Below, piece after piece: positions 62,650 to 64,000 of a stretch of 64,000 nt of DNA. The DNA is from an uncultured delta proteobacterium. GTDB taxonomy: Bacteria; Myxococcota; Myxococcia; Myxococcales; Myxococcaceae. Numbering within the stretch: position 1 is the first letter of the stretch; each line of letters opens with the position of its first letter. The DNA is taken from NCBI GenBank assembly GCA_963713045.1, contig CAVQKE010000004.1, positions 1,221,898-1,285,897 on the forward strand, written 5' to 3'. A program made the translations under genes and the position numbers. The notes below the pieces were generated by a model, which saw nothing but the letters and a program-made list of their open reading frames with translations, was not told the origin of the DNA and made no database searches.

Positions 62650-63608
62650 GATACCGGACATTCGTGCGGCATAGAACACTTGACGTGAAAATGCGCCTGA
62701 TCGCGCTCTGGCATCAGAGTTTGGCGCAAAGCGAAAAATCTCGCACCTGGACAGCATTCTCAAACTCGAACAAAGGGGAAAGAACGAAAGTCGGTTACAC
62801 GGCCGAAACGTACCATTGACGCAAGCGTTGAGGCGAAAAGCGGCGCTTCATTTAACTAGCCAAGCCCTGATACCGTTTTCGTGGAGATCGCACGCCCTTT
62901 CGTTCATTAGCGGTGGACGACGTTCGTACCAATTCGATACCTCACACTCGTGTTCTTGGCAGCTTTCAGCAGGCAATGCCGCTCTAACCGCGACGACTCG
63001 GGCGATATCGGCAGCAACCGCTTCATCGGAATTGAGATGTGACGGGTTTTCTCGTTTCCAATCTTCAACCAGCCTCCGTGGGATTTCCAACATCACCTCT
63101 GGATCTTGGGTGACCGGCTGAGTGCCTGTACACTTTATCCTCAGCCTAAAATGGATATAAAAAAATTGTTGATTCATAGGATCTTTGACGTGTCAGAGCC
63201 TCTCAGTTTTCGAAAGAAGCAGGTATGTCTTCCCGCAGTTGAATACGCTTTCAGGTCTTTCGTTTGGCTGAAACCGCGAGTGCCGAGGCGAGCCCGGGTC
63301 TATCTTGGCAGGTTCCCGACCATTTCTCGACGGACTCGCAGAACATGCCGCTGCCCATCCTGAATGCTCGCATCTCCTTGCTGGTTTGGCCTTACCTACG
63401 ATCTGCGGAAATGGATCAGCTTTGGATGGAGTGATTCCGCCCAAGGCTCAGTCCCGTTGCCGCAGCCATCAGAAACGATCTTGCCAGGGTAAAAGTGCGT
63501 GCATTTAAAGTTACATTTATCCTCCGCAAGGGCACTTCAGCGGATGCCGGAGAATCTGTTTCATTCAGCCGATGACTACTTAGTAAAACGATAATTCCTT
63601 TCCCTGAA

Positions 63609-63998
63609 TTAGTTCGGGACAATTAGCACCGGGGTCCCGACAATGACGTTTTTAAAGAACAAAGCCGCCTTATTTTTCGGCATGCGGATGCAACCATGGC
63701 TAGCCGGGTAACCCGGCAAATAGCCAGCGTGCATACCGAACGACTCTCCACTTAGGCGCATGTAAAAAGGCATCGATACGTGGTAAATGGTACTGATATG
63801 TGACGCATCTTTCTCAGAGACTTCGAAGGTTCCGGTAGGCGTATGCATTCCCCTTCTTGCCGTAGAGACTGGAGAGGTCATTATGATGCGTTCATCGTCT
63901 TCCAACCAAGCGGTCTGGTTACGGATACTCACCACAACTTGAATGTCAGCTCGCGCCGAGACTAAAAAGCCAATGGCTACAAGAGCCATCAATAGCAA
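63609..63998 (-). CDS. L,D-transpeptidase (YkuD) family protein, start at or beyond the window edge
   Basis: TPTGTF and GMHAGYLPGYPASHGCIRMP. Confidence 0.9.
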   Translation of the reverse strand: MLLMALVAIGFLVSARADIQVVVSIRNQTAWLEDDERIIMTSPVSTARRGMHTPTGTFEVSEKDASHISTIYHVSMPFYMRLSGESFGMHAGYLPGYPASHGCIRMPKNKAALFFKNVIVGTPVLIVPN

Positions 63999-64000
63999 CT

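Noticed and set aside
438..63622. Numerous short overlapping ORFs in the six-frame track
   Set aside because: Antisense or alternate-frame shadows of recognised genes, or lacking any motif support.

Overview
A 64-kb accessory region dense in mobile elements and heavily decayed, probably from a soil Verrucomicrobiota (Chthoniobacterales-like) bacterium. The taxonomy is inferred from gene content only. Mobile elements with recognisable ends are IS21, ISKra4, a Tn3-family tnpA, a tyrosine-recombinase + IS91-family element, two IS630, IS5 and IS6, plus many IS relics and gene fragments. Intact cargo includes radC, a translationally coupled two-gene NTPase + NTPase-wHTH-TPR operon (the best candidate for an undescribed defence or sensor system), a hybrid kinase with a WspR-type receiver, a KaiC-like ATPase + hybrid kinase pair, a divergent orphan dnaA with upstream DnaA boxes, trxA, HU, two L,D-transpeptidases and a polysaccharide deacetylase. 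Non-coding highlights are three orphan copies of a structured element resembling an IS110 left end (bridge-RNA region), a 1.4-kb inverted duplication, two neighbouring genes split by inversions, a 216-bp mini-ISKra4 and orphan Tn3 inverted repeats (IRs). No rRNA, tRNA or CRISPR array was found. All calls were made by eye; no searches were run.
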